Positions 1 to 21,545 of a stretch of DNA of 64,000 nucleotides are shown piece after piece. Where the stretch lies: the NCBI RefSeq assembly GCF_009914755.1, contig NC_060936.1. The stretch is one strand, 5' to 3'. Each line of letters begins with the position of its first letter. Positions within the stretch are counted from its first letter, which is position 1. Below the pieces are notes generated by a model, which searched no databases, was not told the DNA's origin, and saw nothing but the letters and a program-made list of their open reading frames with translations. The position numbers and the translations under genes are program-made. Source of the DNA: the human T2T-CHM13v2.0 reference genome, Homo sapiens.

Positions 1-255
1 GCGCAATCTCAGCTCACTTCAACCTCCGCCTCCCAGGTTCCAGCAATTCTCCCGCCTCAGCCTCCCAAGTAGCTGGGATTACAGGCATGTACCACCACGC
101 CCCAGCTAATTTTTGTATTTTTAGTAGAGACGGGGTTTTACCATCTTAGCCAGGTGGTCTCGAACTCCTGACCCCCAAGTGAGCCACCCGCCTCAGCCTC
201 CCAAAGTGTTGGGATTACAGGCGTGAGCCACTGCACCCAGCCTGATGTTCTCCTA

Positions 256-681
<426 letters not shown>

Positions 682-894
682 TCAGCCCCTCTGCTCAGGT
701 GGTCCAGTTCCAAGTGTCAGCCCAGTGTCTACGGCTGTCTTTGAGGTGCCATCCTGAATTGTCACTGCCATCATAACGGTTGTCACCTGTCCTGGGACAC
801 ACCCCACCTCTGTAACCTTTCTTTACTTTTCAAAGCAACATATTTTCCCAAATTACCATCTCCAAAACTCTGATAGGAGGTAAGACGGCTACTA

Positions 895-1097
895 CAGGTT
901 AAATATCCCTTTCCAGAAATGCTAGGAACCAGACCTGTTTTAGCTTTAGGAACATCTGTATTCTATTCACTGGTTGAGCATCCCTAATCTAAAAATTTGA
1001 AATCTGGAATGCTCCAATGAGCATTTCCTTAAGTGTCATGTTGACACTCAAAAACTTTTGAATTTTGGAGTATTTTGGATTAAGGCTGCTCAACGTG
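895..1097. mobile_element. Tigger4a/MER46-type MITE
   Basis: TA-CAGGTT..ATCCCT terminus, internal GCTCCAATGAGCATTTCCTT, degenerate inverted end GCTCAACgTG. Confidence 0.75.
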
Positions 1098-1125
1098 TGC
1101 TACTGGTCCCATTCTGCAGATGTGA

Positions 1126-1386
<261 letters not shown>

Positions 1387-1971
1387 TAGAGAAAAAGCCC
1401 CAGTCCTCGCCAAGACTGCAGTCCAGGCCCGACCTGCCCTGGCCCCCTGTTTTTTCTCTCATCTCCAGGCAGCCACTCAGGTCTCCTTCAGATCTTGACT
1501 CTAACAGAGTGATGTCTTCTCCAGCAACTCTATGGGATGCTGCAACCCACCCAATGGCCTCTTCTGTTTTATCTGCTCACTGTAGCCACATAAATTTCTA
1601 TATGTTTATTCTTTGCCTGTCTCCTCCTATACAGCAGGTAAACTCAGGGATTTTCTAAAAATCTCCCTTTCTGCTATGTCTCCAGTGCCTAGAATAGTGC
1701 CTGGCATGTAATAAGGGCTACTCCTAAAAAGGGGTCTGAGAGAAATGTCAGCCAGCCTGGAGCTGAGCAGACAAGACTGGGCTGAAAATACACATTTGGG
1801 GGTCGCTGGAGATTATAAAGAGATTATAATCGAAGTCATGGGAAGGGATGGAACTACTCCTGTTTTTTTTGCCAAATTCTCCATGTTACTATTTGAGGGC
1901 GAGAGAAATCCCGGGTATTCCATATACACTGTTAAAACTAGGCTGTCACTAAGCCCCTCTCCTTTGGATCA

Positions 1972-2500
<529 letters not shown>

Positions 2501-3069
2501 TGGGGTAGTCTGGGTTTAAATATGAATTATATCTACTGATACTAATTTGGCTTCTTGGGAGTGGAAGTGTTTTGCCACCTTTTAAAATATACCCCGCCCC
2601 CAGTACTCCAAACTTCTTCCCCCCAACCCTGGTTTGCGCATCTGTATTTTCTGATATTCCTACAAGAAACGTATTAGTCGTGTACTTTTAAAAAGGCACC
2701 AAATATTTCCATCACAGGGATAGATGGAAGATCTAAAAGGAGGCCTCTACGGGCGCGGTGGCTCACGCCTGTAATCCCAGCACTTTTGGAGGCCGAGGCG
2801 GGCGGATCACGAGGTCAGGATTTCAAGACCAGCCTGGCCAAGATGGTGAAACCCCCGTCTCTACCAAAAATACAAAAAAAATTTAGCTAGGCCTGGTGGC
2901 AGGCGTCTGTAATCCCAGCTACTTGGGAGGCTGAGGCAGAGAATTGATTGAACCCGGGAGGTGGACGTTGCAGTGAGCCGAGACTGCACCACTGCACTTC
3001 AGCCTGGGCAACAGAGCTAGACTCTGTCTCAAAAAAAAAAAAATAAAGTTGTCTATTACATAACTTTAA

Positions 3070-3288
<219 letters not shown>

Positions 3289-3606
3289 TAGTAGAGACGG
3301 AGTTTCACCATGTTGGCCAGGCTGGTCTCAAACTCCTGACCTCGTGATCTGCCTGCCTGGGCCTCCCAAAGTGCTGGGATTACAGGCATGAGCCACCGCG
3401 CCCGACTTTTTTTTTTTTTTTTTTAAGAGATGAGATCTCGCCCTGTGGGCCAGGCCAGAGTGCAGTGGTGCAATCACCACTCGCTGCAGCCTTGACCTGT
3501 CCTCCCACCTCAGCCTCCTGAGTAGTTAGGACTACAGGCACACACCACCACGACGGGCTAATTTTTCTATTTTTTTGTAGAGATGGTGTCTCCCTATGTT
3601 GCTTAG

Positions 3607-3720
<114 letters not shown>

Positions 3721-3779
3721 TAATTAGCGTATCAAATCTATGGGGTTTTTTGTTTGTTTGCTTGTTTTTGTTTTTTTGA

Positions 3780-4121
<342 letters not shown>

Positions 4122-4234
4122 TAAATATGTTTATTTAAATAAATTAAAAGTTTAAGAAACGTTTAAAAAATGTTAAGTAGGTAGTAGTACACTTGCCTAT
4201 ATTTCCTTCTAAAATATAATATATCAGTGAATTA

Positions 4235-4711
<477 letters not shown>

Positions 4712-4929
4712 CTAAATTTTAAGAGGAACATAGTGAATGGGAGGGGACAAAGGGAGGCTTCGTGGGGGAACTGGTAATGTTTCGTTTCTTGATTTGGGTG
4801 CTGGTTACCTTGGGTATTCAGTTTGTGAAAATTCATAAAAATTTATATGATTGTGTATTTTTCTGTATGTTATACCTTAATTAAAAAGTTTATTATTATT
4901 ATTATTATTATCATTTTTTATAGAGATAG

Positions 4930-5560
<631 letters not shown>

Positions 5561-6988
5561 CTCATTTTGTATTTTTAGTAGAGACGGAGGGATTTCTCCA
5601 TGTTGGTCAAGCTGGTCTCGAACTCCCGACCTCAGGTCACCCGCCTCAGCCTCCCAAAGTGCTGGAATCACAGGCGTTAACCACCGCACCCGACCTACAA
5701 AAAAGTTTTTAAAAAGATAAACAATACAGGAAAAAATGTGCAAAGGATATGAATAGGTAATTCACAGAGAAGTAATTCAAATGGCCAATAAATCTATGAA
5801 AATCTTACTAGGAATCCAGAAAATGTAAATTCAAAAATAAGAGCATTTTGTATTCTTTGGATTGGCAAAAATTGAGTTTTATTTTCTTGGTTGTCTAAAA
5901 AAAATGTTGGTTAGACTTGATTTGTTTGATTTAGGATGCAAACAGGGTCCTTGCATTGCATGGGTTATTATGGCTCTTAAGTCTTTAAAACCAATTATCC
6001 TCCTCTTCGCTCACCTTTTATACCAATTATTTATTGAACAAACTGGGTCGTTTGTTTGGTAGAATGCCCCACATGCTGGAGTTGGTTGGTTGCTTCTGCT
6101 GCTTCTAAGTTTTCCTTATCTGCCATATTTCCTGTAAACTGTAGGTTTGATCTAGAGGCCCCATCAGGTTCATGCTCAACTTGTCTTGGCAAGAATCCAT
6201 CGCAGGTGGCGCTGGTACTTCCTGGCACTAAGATCGATTGGCGGGACCGGGACTTCGCGGCTTAGCCCCTCCATTTTCAAGTTCCCCGCCAAACCCTCCC
6301 CTCTTGGTTGTACCCATTTCTGATGATCATCGCGTGAATCCATCATTCTATTGAGGGGTGCCAAATAATTTTCGGATTCTCTCATTCATCCTCATGTATT
6401 AGCTGGACTTTGTAAAAGAAAGTCCCTCCCCAACTATTTTGGGGCTCTGAAATACAGTTCATTCAGGAAGGGCAGGAGGATGCCTGATGCTTTCTTGTTA
6501 TTTAAAATTTTCAGGATGAATGAGCTGATGCCCACGAGGGCCAATTTTGGGGTACCATTATAATACATTCAGGGAGATTACATATATGTCTATTTCATGT
6601 TTTTCAATCAGTTGCAGTCACTTTCCTGGTTGAAGCTGTTGCAAGTTTTACAGGCACGGGTTGCTTTTCCACGGATAAGTTAAAAAAGAGAATTTTTTTT
6701 TAAATGATGAGAAGCCGCACCGGGTCGGGGCAGGCTTCCGGGAGGCGGGCGCGGGGCCCCGGGGCCGGGTCGCGTTGGTCCCGCGCCGGGGGCGGGGCGC
6801 GGCGTGGGCTGGGCCGTGCGCCTTTGCGCGCGGGGCGGGGCAGGTGGCGCAGCAGCGGCGGCGGCGGCTGTGGGTAAAGGCGCGGCGCGCGGCCCCCGAG
6901 CGCGCCAACCTTGCCCTAGCCGGAGCCCGCTGCGGCCCAGCGCACGGCCCTCACCCCGCATCGCGACCCCGCGCCCCGCCGGCCGAGC

Positions 6989-7030
6989 ATGGGCGCGCGC
7001 GCCTCAGGCGGGCCCCTGGCCCGGGCCGGG

Positions 7031-7062
<32 letters not shown>

Positions 7063-7201
7063 CGGGCTGCTGGCCCCGGGCGCGCAGGGGGCGCGGGGCC
7101 GCGGCGGCGCGGAGAAGAACAGCTACCGCCGCACGGTCAACACCTTCTCCCAGAGCGTCAGCAGCCTGTTCGGCGAGGACAACGTGCGCGCCGCTCAGAA
7201 G
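6989..7201 (+). CDS. BRI3BP: BRI3BP (BRI3-binding protein, membrane protein) coding exon 1
   Basis: agcATGG Kozak. Encodes MGARASGGPLARAG(L)11GLLAPGAQG...VRAAQK (71 codons). Donor AAG|GTGGGC at 7202, phase 0. Confidence 0.97.
7031..7063 (+). repeat. BRI3BP: Coding CTC(CTG)9CTC trinucleotide repeat (poly-Leu, signal-peptide h-region)
   Basis: Direct reading; 11 Leu in the translation. Confidence 0.95.
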
Positions 7202-8976
7202 GTGGGCGCCGGGCCCGCGCCCGCGGTCACCTTGCCCCGGTCGCCACGCACCTGGCTACCGGGGCCGACCTGGGAGGAGCGCGGCCTCCGGGGCTGCCCG
7301 CCCGGCCAGCGCGCGGGAAGAGGGGGTCCGGCCTGCGCCTCGGGGCCTGCCGCCTGCGGCCCCCGCCGGGCCTGACCAGTGCGGGTCTGGGCGGCCGGGC
7401 CTCGGGGCGCCCTCTCCTCTGCGCCGCGCTTCTCCTTGGACCTTGCCTCCGCGGTCGGCGCAGCCAGAGTCTCTCCCGGCTGCGCTGACGCCTGCCGCGC
7501 GTCTCATTCATTCATTCACCGCGTTTGAATGGCTCCTACTGTGAGCCAGGCAGCACACTGGCGCTCTCGGTCCCCACGCGGCTGCGCCCTCCCCAGCTAC
7601 CCCGGGTTTGTCCTAGCCTCGCATCCCGACCCACTTCCCCTGGGACCTTCTGCCCCACTCCTCCTCCTGCTTTGAAGATACTTGGAGTTGTTTTTACTTT
7701 ACAGGAAAAGAAGGGAGCAATGCGATTTGCTCGGTGGCTTTGGGAAACCGAGCACCTACTGTGTGCGGGGCCTTTCGCGTGGAGCCTTTTGTTTAGTTTG
7801 GGGAGGTCCCGGATCCTGCAGCCTCCTGGGAAGGGTGTTGAGTCCCAGGAGGATCGCAGGGGGTTTTCCCCAATTCCTGCTCTCTGGAGCTAGGTGCGAT
7901 AGGGGTGCCATTCCGGGCCGAAGTCCGCCGACTAGCTCTTGAGAAGGAGGAAGTTACTGGGGACAGTTGTGTGTGGTATTGCGGTTCCTTTGCTGTTCCC
8001 TGGGGAGGAGGGGGCTCTTGCTTGCTGCCAGCCTTCCTGGGGTTTTGGAGTCAGAGAAGTTTGGGTTCAAGTTGGAGCTCTACCAGTTGGATGACTTTGG
8101 GGAAGTGACTTCACTTCTTTGAGCTTGTTTCTTTATTTGTTAAATGGGGATAGTAATCATTCCCCTTCATTGCGAGGTTGTAATTATGACTAGTTGGTAC
8201 CTTCCTGGCCCAGAATCATGGCTAAAAAGTTAAAGTTTTCTGCTCATTGAGAGGGAGTGGGGAATAGAAGGGAATATGAAGGCCGAAATCAGATTGACTG
8301 CATGTTCTTACTGGATAACATGAAAGGTTAATTTGTTAGGAAAACAGTAAGTTTTGACCTCCCTCTCCTGTGGGCAGGGGCACCTCTTGCACAGGTGGGT
8401 CTGTGTCTTCATACATGTAGGGGAGAGAACGCTTTGTAGGTGGCCAAAGAGGGGCAAGGAAGCAGGGCTGAACGCCTGAATGTGAAAAGGTTGCCCTGGA
8501 GTCTGGCGCGGGAAAGGATCAGGGGTGTGAGTGCAGGGAGTCTCACTTACTTCCTCTTGATGCCGTTTCGGAGCTATTTGAAGGCAGAAATCATTTGTTT
8601 TAGAGCAAAAATAAGCCTGTCTTTTTCACGCAGGGTGACCACAGGATCCCCATGTCTCAACTGACGGTGGTTCCATGTGACAATCTAAGGCCAACAAACA
8701 TGAAATACGAGTGGTTATTTAAGACTTTTACTTAAATAAGACAATCTGTATTCTGGCAGAGCATCTCCGAATCTGGGGGTCAGAGCTCTTCCTGGGCTAA
8801 ACCGGGGTTTGTGCCTTTAATAGAGATACTAATGATTACTAAGTGCTTTTGTAGATAGAATAATCTTATGTAATCCTTAGAATGACCCTGTGCAGTAGGT
8901 ACTGTTACTGTTCCCATTTGACAGATGAGGAAACTGAGACACAGAGCAGTGAAGTGGCTGGTTTCAGGTCAGATGA

Positions 8977-9508
<532 letters not shown>

Positions 9509-10336
9509 TAATTTATTTTTTGAGACAGACTCTTACTCTGTCACCCAGGCTGGAGTGCGTTGGCACGATCTTGGCTCACGGCAACGTCTGCCTCCTGGGC
9601 AAGCAATTCTCCTGCCTCAGCCTCCTGAGTAGCCGGGATTACAAGTGAGTAGCCGGGATTACAAGTGAGCACCACCACATCCGGCTAATTTTTTATGTTT
9701 TTGGTAGAGATGAGGTTTCATCATGTTGGCCAGGCTGGTCTCAAACTCCTGACCTCAAGTGATCTGCCGACCTCAGCCTTCCAAAAGTGCTGGGATTACA
9801 GGCGTAAGCCACCGTGCCCAGCCTGTTTTGTGAATTTTAAATAAAGGAAAACTGGGTCTGCCAGCAACTGTAGTTTTCAGCATGCCTGGGTTTACGAATT
9901 AGAGCCAAACCTGCTTTGTGAAGTTTAATGGTATTTAAAAAAACACCCCATAGTCTTTTTTTTTTTTTTTTTCCGAGATGGAGTATTGCTTTGTCGCCCA
10001 GGCTGGAATGCAGTGGTTCAGTCTTGGCTCATGGCAACCTCTGCCGCCCAGGTTCAAACAATTCTCCTGCCTCAGCCCCCTGAGTAGCTGGGATTACAGG
10101 CGTGTGTGCCACCATGCCTGGCTAATTTTTGTATTTTTAGTAGAGATGGGGTTTCACCATGTTGGCCAGGCTGGTTTCGAACTCCTGACCTCGTAATCCG
10201 CCCTCCTCAGCCTCCCAAAGTGCTATGATTAGAGGCTTGAGCCACCGTGCCCGGCCTCCCATATTCTAATCTAGGACTTGTCTGAAATACACCTATGACC
10301 ATCCTGTTTGGAGCATGGGAACAGACATGAGTTTGA

Positions 10337-10831
<495 letters not shown>

Positions 10832-10912
10832 TAAGCATTTAGTAAATGGTAGAATATTTCTATATGAAGGGAATTTGTCTGGTAGGAGGTAATAGACTTG
10901 TTAATTCCTTTA

Positions 10913-11479
<567 letters not shown>

Positions 11480-11519
11480 TCAAGCCGGGGGGACAGAGAC
11501 TCCGTCTCAAAAAAAATTA

Positions 11520-12005
11520 TTAAGCAACTTATACACATGTGTTCATAGCAACACTTTTTACAATAGCTAAAAAGTGGAAATATCCCAAATGTCTTATCAG
11601 CTGATGAAGGGATAAAATGTGATGTGTCTGTATAATGAAATATGATTCAGCCATAAAAAGGAATGAAGTATTGCTATATGCTACAACTTGGACGAACCTT
11701 GAATAAATGAGAGAAGCCAGTCACGAAAGGGCACACATTATATGATTCCATTTACAGCATATGAAATATCTGGAATAGGAAGATCCGTAGAGACAGAAAG
11801 CAGATGGGTGGTTGCCAGGGGCTGGGGGAGGGAGCAATGGGCGAATTACTGCTTAATTGATCTAGGGTTTCCTTTTGGGGTGATGACAGATTGTGGAACT
11901 AGATAATAATGGTTGCATGATATTGTGAACGTACTCATGCCACTGAATTGTACACTTCAAAATGGTTAAAATGGCCAACTTTATGTGTATATGACTACAG
12001 TTTTT
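11520..12005 (+). mobile_element. L1M (L1MB-like) 3' end fragment
   Basis: Typical 3'UTR motifs (gttcatagcaacactttttacaatagc..aaaagtggaaa, cactgaattgtacactt..aaaatggttaaaatgg). Confidence 0.8.
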
Positions 12006-12156
12006 TAAAAAAATTGGCCTGGTGCAGTGGCTCACATCTGTAATCCCACCACTTTGGGAGGCCTAGGTGGGAGGATTGCTTGAGCCCAGGAGTTTGAGAC
12101 CAGCCTGGGCAACATAGTGAGACCCCATCTCTACGAAAAACCAAAACCTTTGGCTA

Positions 12157-12471
<315 letters not shown>

Positions 12472-12561
12472 TCATGTAGTTCTGAAGGTTAAGAAACTAA
12501 CTCCACTTCCCACTACCGACCCGTCTACCACCCCCTTCCCCGAAGCAGCCAGATATTCTGA

Positions 12562-13121
<560 letters not shown>

Positions 13122-13422
13122 TGAGCCACCGCGCCCGGCCTTAAGTTTTTTATTTTTTGTAGAGGTGCGGTTTCACTCTATTGCCCAGGCTGGTCTCTAA
13201 CTCCTGGCCTCCAGTGATCTACCTGCCTCAGCCTCCCAAAGTGCTGGCATTACGGGCGTGAGCCACTGCGCCGGCCCCTGTTTTTAAAAATGAATAAATT
13301 TTGGGCTGGGTGCGGTGCCTCATGCCTGTAATCCCAGCACTTTGGGAGGCCGAGGCGGGCAGATCACAAGGTCAGGAGATCGAGACCATCCTGGCGAACA
13401 CGGTGAAACCCCGTCTCTACTA

Positions 13423-13887
<465 letters not shown>

Positions 13888-14146
13888 TCAAAAAAAGGAA
13901 GATCAGAACTTATCAGTACATAAACTTTGCTTCCTCCTTGTGAAGGGCTGCAAAGAGCTCATTGCTGTAAGGATGTGCCAGCGTTAAACCTGCCCCTGGT
14001 AGCTAACATTTGATCCTGTCTCGGGCCACTCTAAACATGGCTGCAGGGTAGGTCTTTCTGTATGTATTGTTTTGTGTGCACCTAGACAAGTTCATCTGTA
14101 AATTGTTAGAAATGGAATTGCTGAGTCAAAGGGTCTGTGCATTTAA

Positions 14147-14353
<207 letters not shown>

Positions 14354-15324
14354 TAGCCAGGATGGTCTCGATCTCCTGATCGTGTGATCCGCCCGCCTTG
14401 GCCTCCCAAAGTGCTGGGATTACAGACGTGAGCCACCACGCCCGGCCTTTTTTTTTTTTTTTTTTTTTTAAGAGATAGGTTCGTGCTCTGTCACCCAGGC
14501 TGAAATGCAGTGGTGAAATCATAGCTCACTGAAGCCTTGGACTCCTCGCTTCAAGTAGTCCTAACCTCAGCCTCCCAAAGTGCTGGGATTACAGGGGTGA
14601 GCCAGCACTCCCTGCTCTTTTACTTTTTTTTTTTTTTTTTTTTTTTTTGTGAGACGGAGTTTCATTCTTCTTGCCCAGGCTGGAGTGCAATGGCATGATC
14701 TCGGCTCACTGCAACCTCTGACTCCTGGGTTCAAGTGATTCTCCTTCCTCAGCCTCCTGAGTAGCTGGGATTACAGGAGCATGCCTCCACACCCAGCTAC
14801 TTTTGTATTTTTAGTAGAGACAGGGTTTCTCCATGTTGGTCAGGCTGGTGTCGAACTCCTGACCTCAGGTGATCCACCTGCCTTGGCCTCCCAAAGTGCC
14901 GGGATTACAGGCGTGAGACACTGCGCTTGGCCTCTTTTACATTTTTCATCGAAATGTCATTGGTATACGTTTTTTGCTTACATCAATCTATAGCATCATG
15001 AATTGTCACACACAGAACACACTCCTTGACCAGCAGATCTAAAAATGGATTGTTCCAGCCTCCAGAAGTCCCTTTCTGCTCCCACATGGTTACTAACCCC
15101 CTAAGGTCGCTACTGTGTGTGCTACCCATGTGAATTAACTCTGTTTGCTTGAGCCCTTGCATAGTAAGGGCTCTATATGCATTGTTCATATTGCAAAGAT
15201 ACTACTAAATGGTCCTTCAAAGGGTGATAGCAGTTTCTACTCTCACCAGACACGTGTGAAGGCTAGTTCCCAAGCCCTTTCCAACGAAGTGGCTCGTTAA
15301 TTTTTTTTTTTTTTTTTTTTTTGA

Positions 15325-15432
<108 letters not shown>

Positions 15433-15952
15433 TAGCTGGGATTACAGACATGTGCCACCACGCCCGGCTAATTTTTGTATTTTTAGGAGAGTTTTTCACC
15501 ATGTTGGCCAGGCTGGTCTGGAACTTGCGACCTCGTGATTCTCCCAACTCAGCCTCCCAAAGTGCTGGGATTACAGGTGTGAGACACCCGACCCGGCCTC
15601 ATTAAACTTTTTGGCTTTATTATGTATGAGACAGATGGTCTTTTCATTTATTCAGAATCCATCGATATGTTCTGGGAACTGCCTTTTGGTTTTTCTTTTT
15701 TTTTTTTTTTTTGCCGTTCTATTGAGCTGTTGGGTTCTTTTGTTTTTGCTTTTTTTTTTTTTTTGTAAAGAGGTTTGCATTTTTTGCTGTTTGCAAGAAA
15801 GTATTTTGAGCAAAATAACTTTGACACTTTCCAGTCCTTTTTCCCCTACCAACATTTTAACAGCTTTTTTGAGGTGTAATTGCACTACACCTCAATAGAC
15901 TGTGCGTATTTAAAGTGTACAGGTTGACACCTTTTGACATACACACTTGTGA

Positions 15953-16195
<243 letters not shown>

Positions 16196-16723
16196 TAGCC
16201 AGGATGGTCTCGATCTCCTGACCTCATGATCGCCTGCCTCGGCCTCCCAAAGTGCTGGGATTACAGGCGTGAGCCACCACGCCCAGCCTGTTTCCTATAA
16301 TTTTTTATGTTGATAATTTTTCAAAGTACTAAAATGCTGAAAGAACAGAACAAGGAATAGCTGCAAACATCTCCCCTAAAGTCACCAGTTCTTACATTTC
16401 CCCTCAAACTTTTTTCTCTGCAAACACATCCGATAGACACATACACACATGCACACACATTTATTTTTATTTTTTGGCAGGATCATTTGAAAGTTAGTTG
16501 CAGACGTCTTAATACTTTTTCCTACAGAACCACAATACCATTGTCTCAGCCAAGAAACTTAAATATAGTACAGTATTTTGTAACAGATAGTCCATATTCA
16601 AATTGTCTTTATAGCTCATAAAAAATCCAACACCCAGTCAAGGACTGCTCATGCATTTAGTGTTCATGTCTCTAGTCTGTCAGAGTTTCCTCACTTTTGG
16701 TGGAGGAAGGGACTTAATTATGA

Positions 16724-16969
<246 letters not shown>

Positions 16970-17404
16970 TGATCTGCCCGGCTCGGCCTCCCAAAGTGCT
17001 GGGATTACAGGCATGAGCCACCGCACCCGGCCCCAATTATGCATTTTTTTCTTTTAGACAAGCTCTCACTCTGTAGCCCAGAATGGAGTGCAGTGGCGCA
17101 GTCTCGGCTCGGTGCAACCTCTGCCTCCTGGGTTCAAGCGATCCTCCCACCTTAACCTCCTGAGTAGCTGGGCTTACAAGCATGTGCCACCATGCCTATT
17201 TATTTATTTATTGTATTTTTCGTAGAGACAGGATTTCTCCTCGAAATCCCTGTGTTGCCCAGGCTGGTCTCTTGACTCCTGGGCTCATGCGATCCTCCCG
17301 CCTTGGCCTCCCAAAGTGCTGGGATTATAGGCGTGAGCCACTTCGCCTGGCCCAGTAAGGGACTTTTACAGCATTGACATTTCTGAAGATCACAGACTAA
17401 ATGT

Positions 17405-18342
<938 letters not shown>

Positions 18343-19507
18343 TAGCCAGGATGGTCTCGATCTCCTGACCTCGTGATCCGCTCACCTTGGCCTCCCAAAG
18401 TGCTGGGATTACAGGCGTGAGCCACCACACCTGGCCCAGAACTGTCTTTTGAAATGTCCCACAGTGTGTATTGTATTATTCTGATTATCTCCTCCGGGTT
18501 AGGCTCAGACTTAGCTTTCATGGCAAGAATTCTGCAGAAGGCATCATGTGTCCTTGCTGAGGCAGTACCATATCGGGGCTCGTGGTGTCTGTTTGTGCCA
18601 TCGCATTCTCGTTGGTTGACGCTGAATTTGATCTCTGGGTTGAGGCTGGGCAGGCCCACTGCGCTGGGGGTGCCCTTTCCCCTCTGTGGTTCATACGTGG
18701 TCTGTATGTTATGTTCCAGCATTTTCCGTTCATCTGGCTTTTGCATTTCTGTGTGTTCTTCAGATGCTTGGGAAACCTCTGAATGGCAGAATCTCCCGTC
18801 CCCTCTCCCTGGCTTGCTTATCAAGATGCCTTTGCCCTCATGGCCTGATTTTCCATAGGACCCGTTTGCATGTGCCTGAGGGTGATGGAGGTAAAGCGAG
18901 ATTAGGATGCAGGAAGGCCATTGTCACCCAACCCGGGTGTTGGATGTCCCCGGGTGTTGGATGTCCCCCGCCTGACTGCTGCAAGAAGAGCGCTGATGAA
19001 ATCCCAGGCTTGAAGCAATCTTGTTCCCTCCCACGGAGGCGATGGCTGGGCCTTGTTTGTCTGAGTCCTCAGGCATCCACAGTTTGCTCACCTGGTCCCC
19101 TTATTTCAACTTTCCATTCTGAAAATTGTCCAACATAACCAAAGGTAGGGAGAGTAGAGTGAACCCTTGTTCACCCAGGTCTTCCCATGTAGCAACTTTC
19201 TGCCATTCTGGTTACTTCTTTCCTTCCTAAATTTTTTTGAGGGTGCCTGGAATAATATTTTAAAGCTAATCCAATACATTAGTTCACCTTTGCATATTTC
19301 AGTTAGCATCTTTAACAATAAAAATTTTGTGAAAATCAAAACCACAATACCGGCCGGGCATGGTGGCTCATGCCTGTAATCCCAGCACTTTGGGAGGCCG
19401 AGGCGGGTGGGTCACTAGAGGTCAGGAGTTTGAGACTAGCCTGGCCAACATAGTGAAACCCCATCTCTACTAAAAATATAAAAATTAGCTGGGCATGGTG
19501 GCGCTCA

Positions 19508-19693
<186 letters not shown>

Positions 19694-21545
19694 TTATAAC
19701 AATTCCTTAACATCTAATGCAGGTCCATTTTCTGATTTCCCTGGCCCAAAATGTCTTTACAAAACTTTTTGTTTGAATTTGTATCTAAACAAAGTCTACA
19801 CATGAAGTGTCTTTTAAGTCTCTTTTTTAAATTTTTAAATTTTTTTAAAATTTTTTTGAGACAAGGTCTTGCTTTGTCACCCAGACTGGAGTGCAGTGGC
19901 ACGAACACAGCTCACTTGCAGCCTCAACCTCCCAGGTTCGATGATCCCCCAGCCTTCTCCCGAGTAGCTGGAACCACAGGTACATGCCACCATGCCCAGC
20001 TAATTTTTTAATTTTTTGTAGAGACAGTGTCTGGCCATGTTGCCCAGGCTAGTCTCTAACTCCCAGACTCAAACGATCCTCTGGCCTTGGCCTCCCAAAG
20101 TGTTGGGATTACAGGCGTTAGCCACCATGCCTGGCCCTAAGCCTTTTTTAAAAAAAAATTAACTTTATTCTTTTTATAAGTAGAGTTTAAAAAATAGTCT
20201 TTTCTTTTAGAGTTATAGAAAAATTGTGAAGATAATACAGGGAGTCGCCATATACCCCTCACCCTGTTTCCCCCATTATTAACGTTGTATATTCATGTTC
20301 TATTAATGAACCAATATTGGTACATCAATTATTCGCTGAAGTCTGTACTTTATTCAGACTTCTGTAGTTTTTCCTGCCACCCTTTTCTGTCCCAGGATCC
20401 CAACTGGGATCCCACCCGATATTTGGTCCTCAGGTCTCCCGAGGTCCTCTCGGCTGGGAGTTTCTCAGGCTCTACTTGTTTTTGATGACCTTGACAGTTT
20501 TCAGGAGCATTGATCAGGCCTTTTTCTTTTCTTTTCAAATCTCCCTGTGTCACGCAGGCTGGAGTGAAGTGGTGTGATCTCTGCTCACTGCAACCTCTGC
20601 CTCCCAGATTCAAGCAATTCTCCTGCCTCAGCCTCCTGAGTAACTGGGACCACAGTTGCATGCCATCACACCCGGCTAAGTTTTGTGTTTTTAGTAGAGT
20701 CAAGAGGTTTCACCATGTTGGCCAGGCTGGTCTTGAACTCCTGAACTCAAGTGATCTGCCTGCCATGGCCTCCCAAAATGCTGGGATTACAGGTGTGAGC
20801 CACAGCGCCCAGCCGGTCAGGGATTTTGTAGGATGCTCCCAATTGGAATTTGTCTGATGTTTTTCTCATAATGAGACTGGGTGATGGGTTTTGGGGAGGA
20901 AGACACAGAGTTAAGGACCATTTTCATCCCATCACATCCAGGGTACAGCAAATCATCATGATTTAAGTCACTTTTAATTTTAATGCCCCCACCTCATGCT
21001 TTTTCTTGGATGCCATCTTATTCTGTGGAGAAACTGGGTCTCACCCCATAGCATCTCCACCATCTGCATCTGGCTGGGTGCATCCTCATGGTGGTGTTTC
21101 CCTGTGTCCCATTTCCCAGATCCCCAAGAACCAGTGGTTAGATCTAGAGGCCTGGCCAGGGATGGTGGCTCATGCCTGTAATCCCAGCACTTTGGGAGGC
21201 CGAGGCGGGCAGATCACTTGAGGTCAGGAATTCAAGACCAGTTTGGCCAACATGGTTGAAACCCCATCTCTACTAAAAATACAAAAAATTAGCCAGACAT
21301 GGTGCCTTACGCCTGTAATCCCAGCTACTCGGGAGGCTGAGGCATGAGAATTGCTTGAACCCGTGGGGTGGGGAGCGGAGGTTGCAGTGAGCCGAGATCG
21401 CGCCACTGCACTTCAGCCTGGGTGACAGAGCAAGACTGTTTAAAAAAAAAAAAAAGATCTAGAGGCCCGATAAGATTCAGGCTTGCATTTTCACCGGATT
21501 TCTGCTGGAACTGCCTCCAGGCTTTGGGCTTCGCTGTAAGCTCCT

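Larger units (their letters stand above)
6640..7640 (+). promoter_or_regulatory. BRI3BP: BRI3BP CpG-island promoter and exon 1 region
   Basis: Very GC/CpG-rich block with multiple GC boxes upstream of the ATG at 6989. Confidence 0.88.

Noticed and set aside
6775-7544. 237 aa and 246 aa overlapping ORFs over BRI3BP exon 1 (poly-Ala / poly-Cys frames)
   Set aside because: They start at TTG/GTG, and the lack of stops is expected in extremely GC-rich CpG-island DNA.
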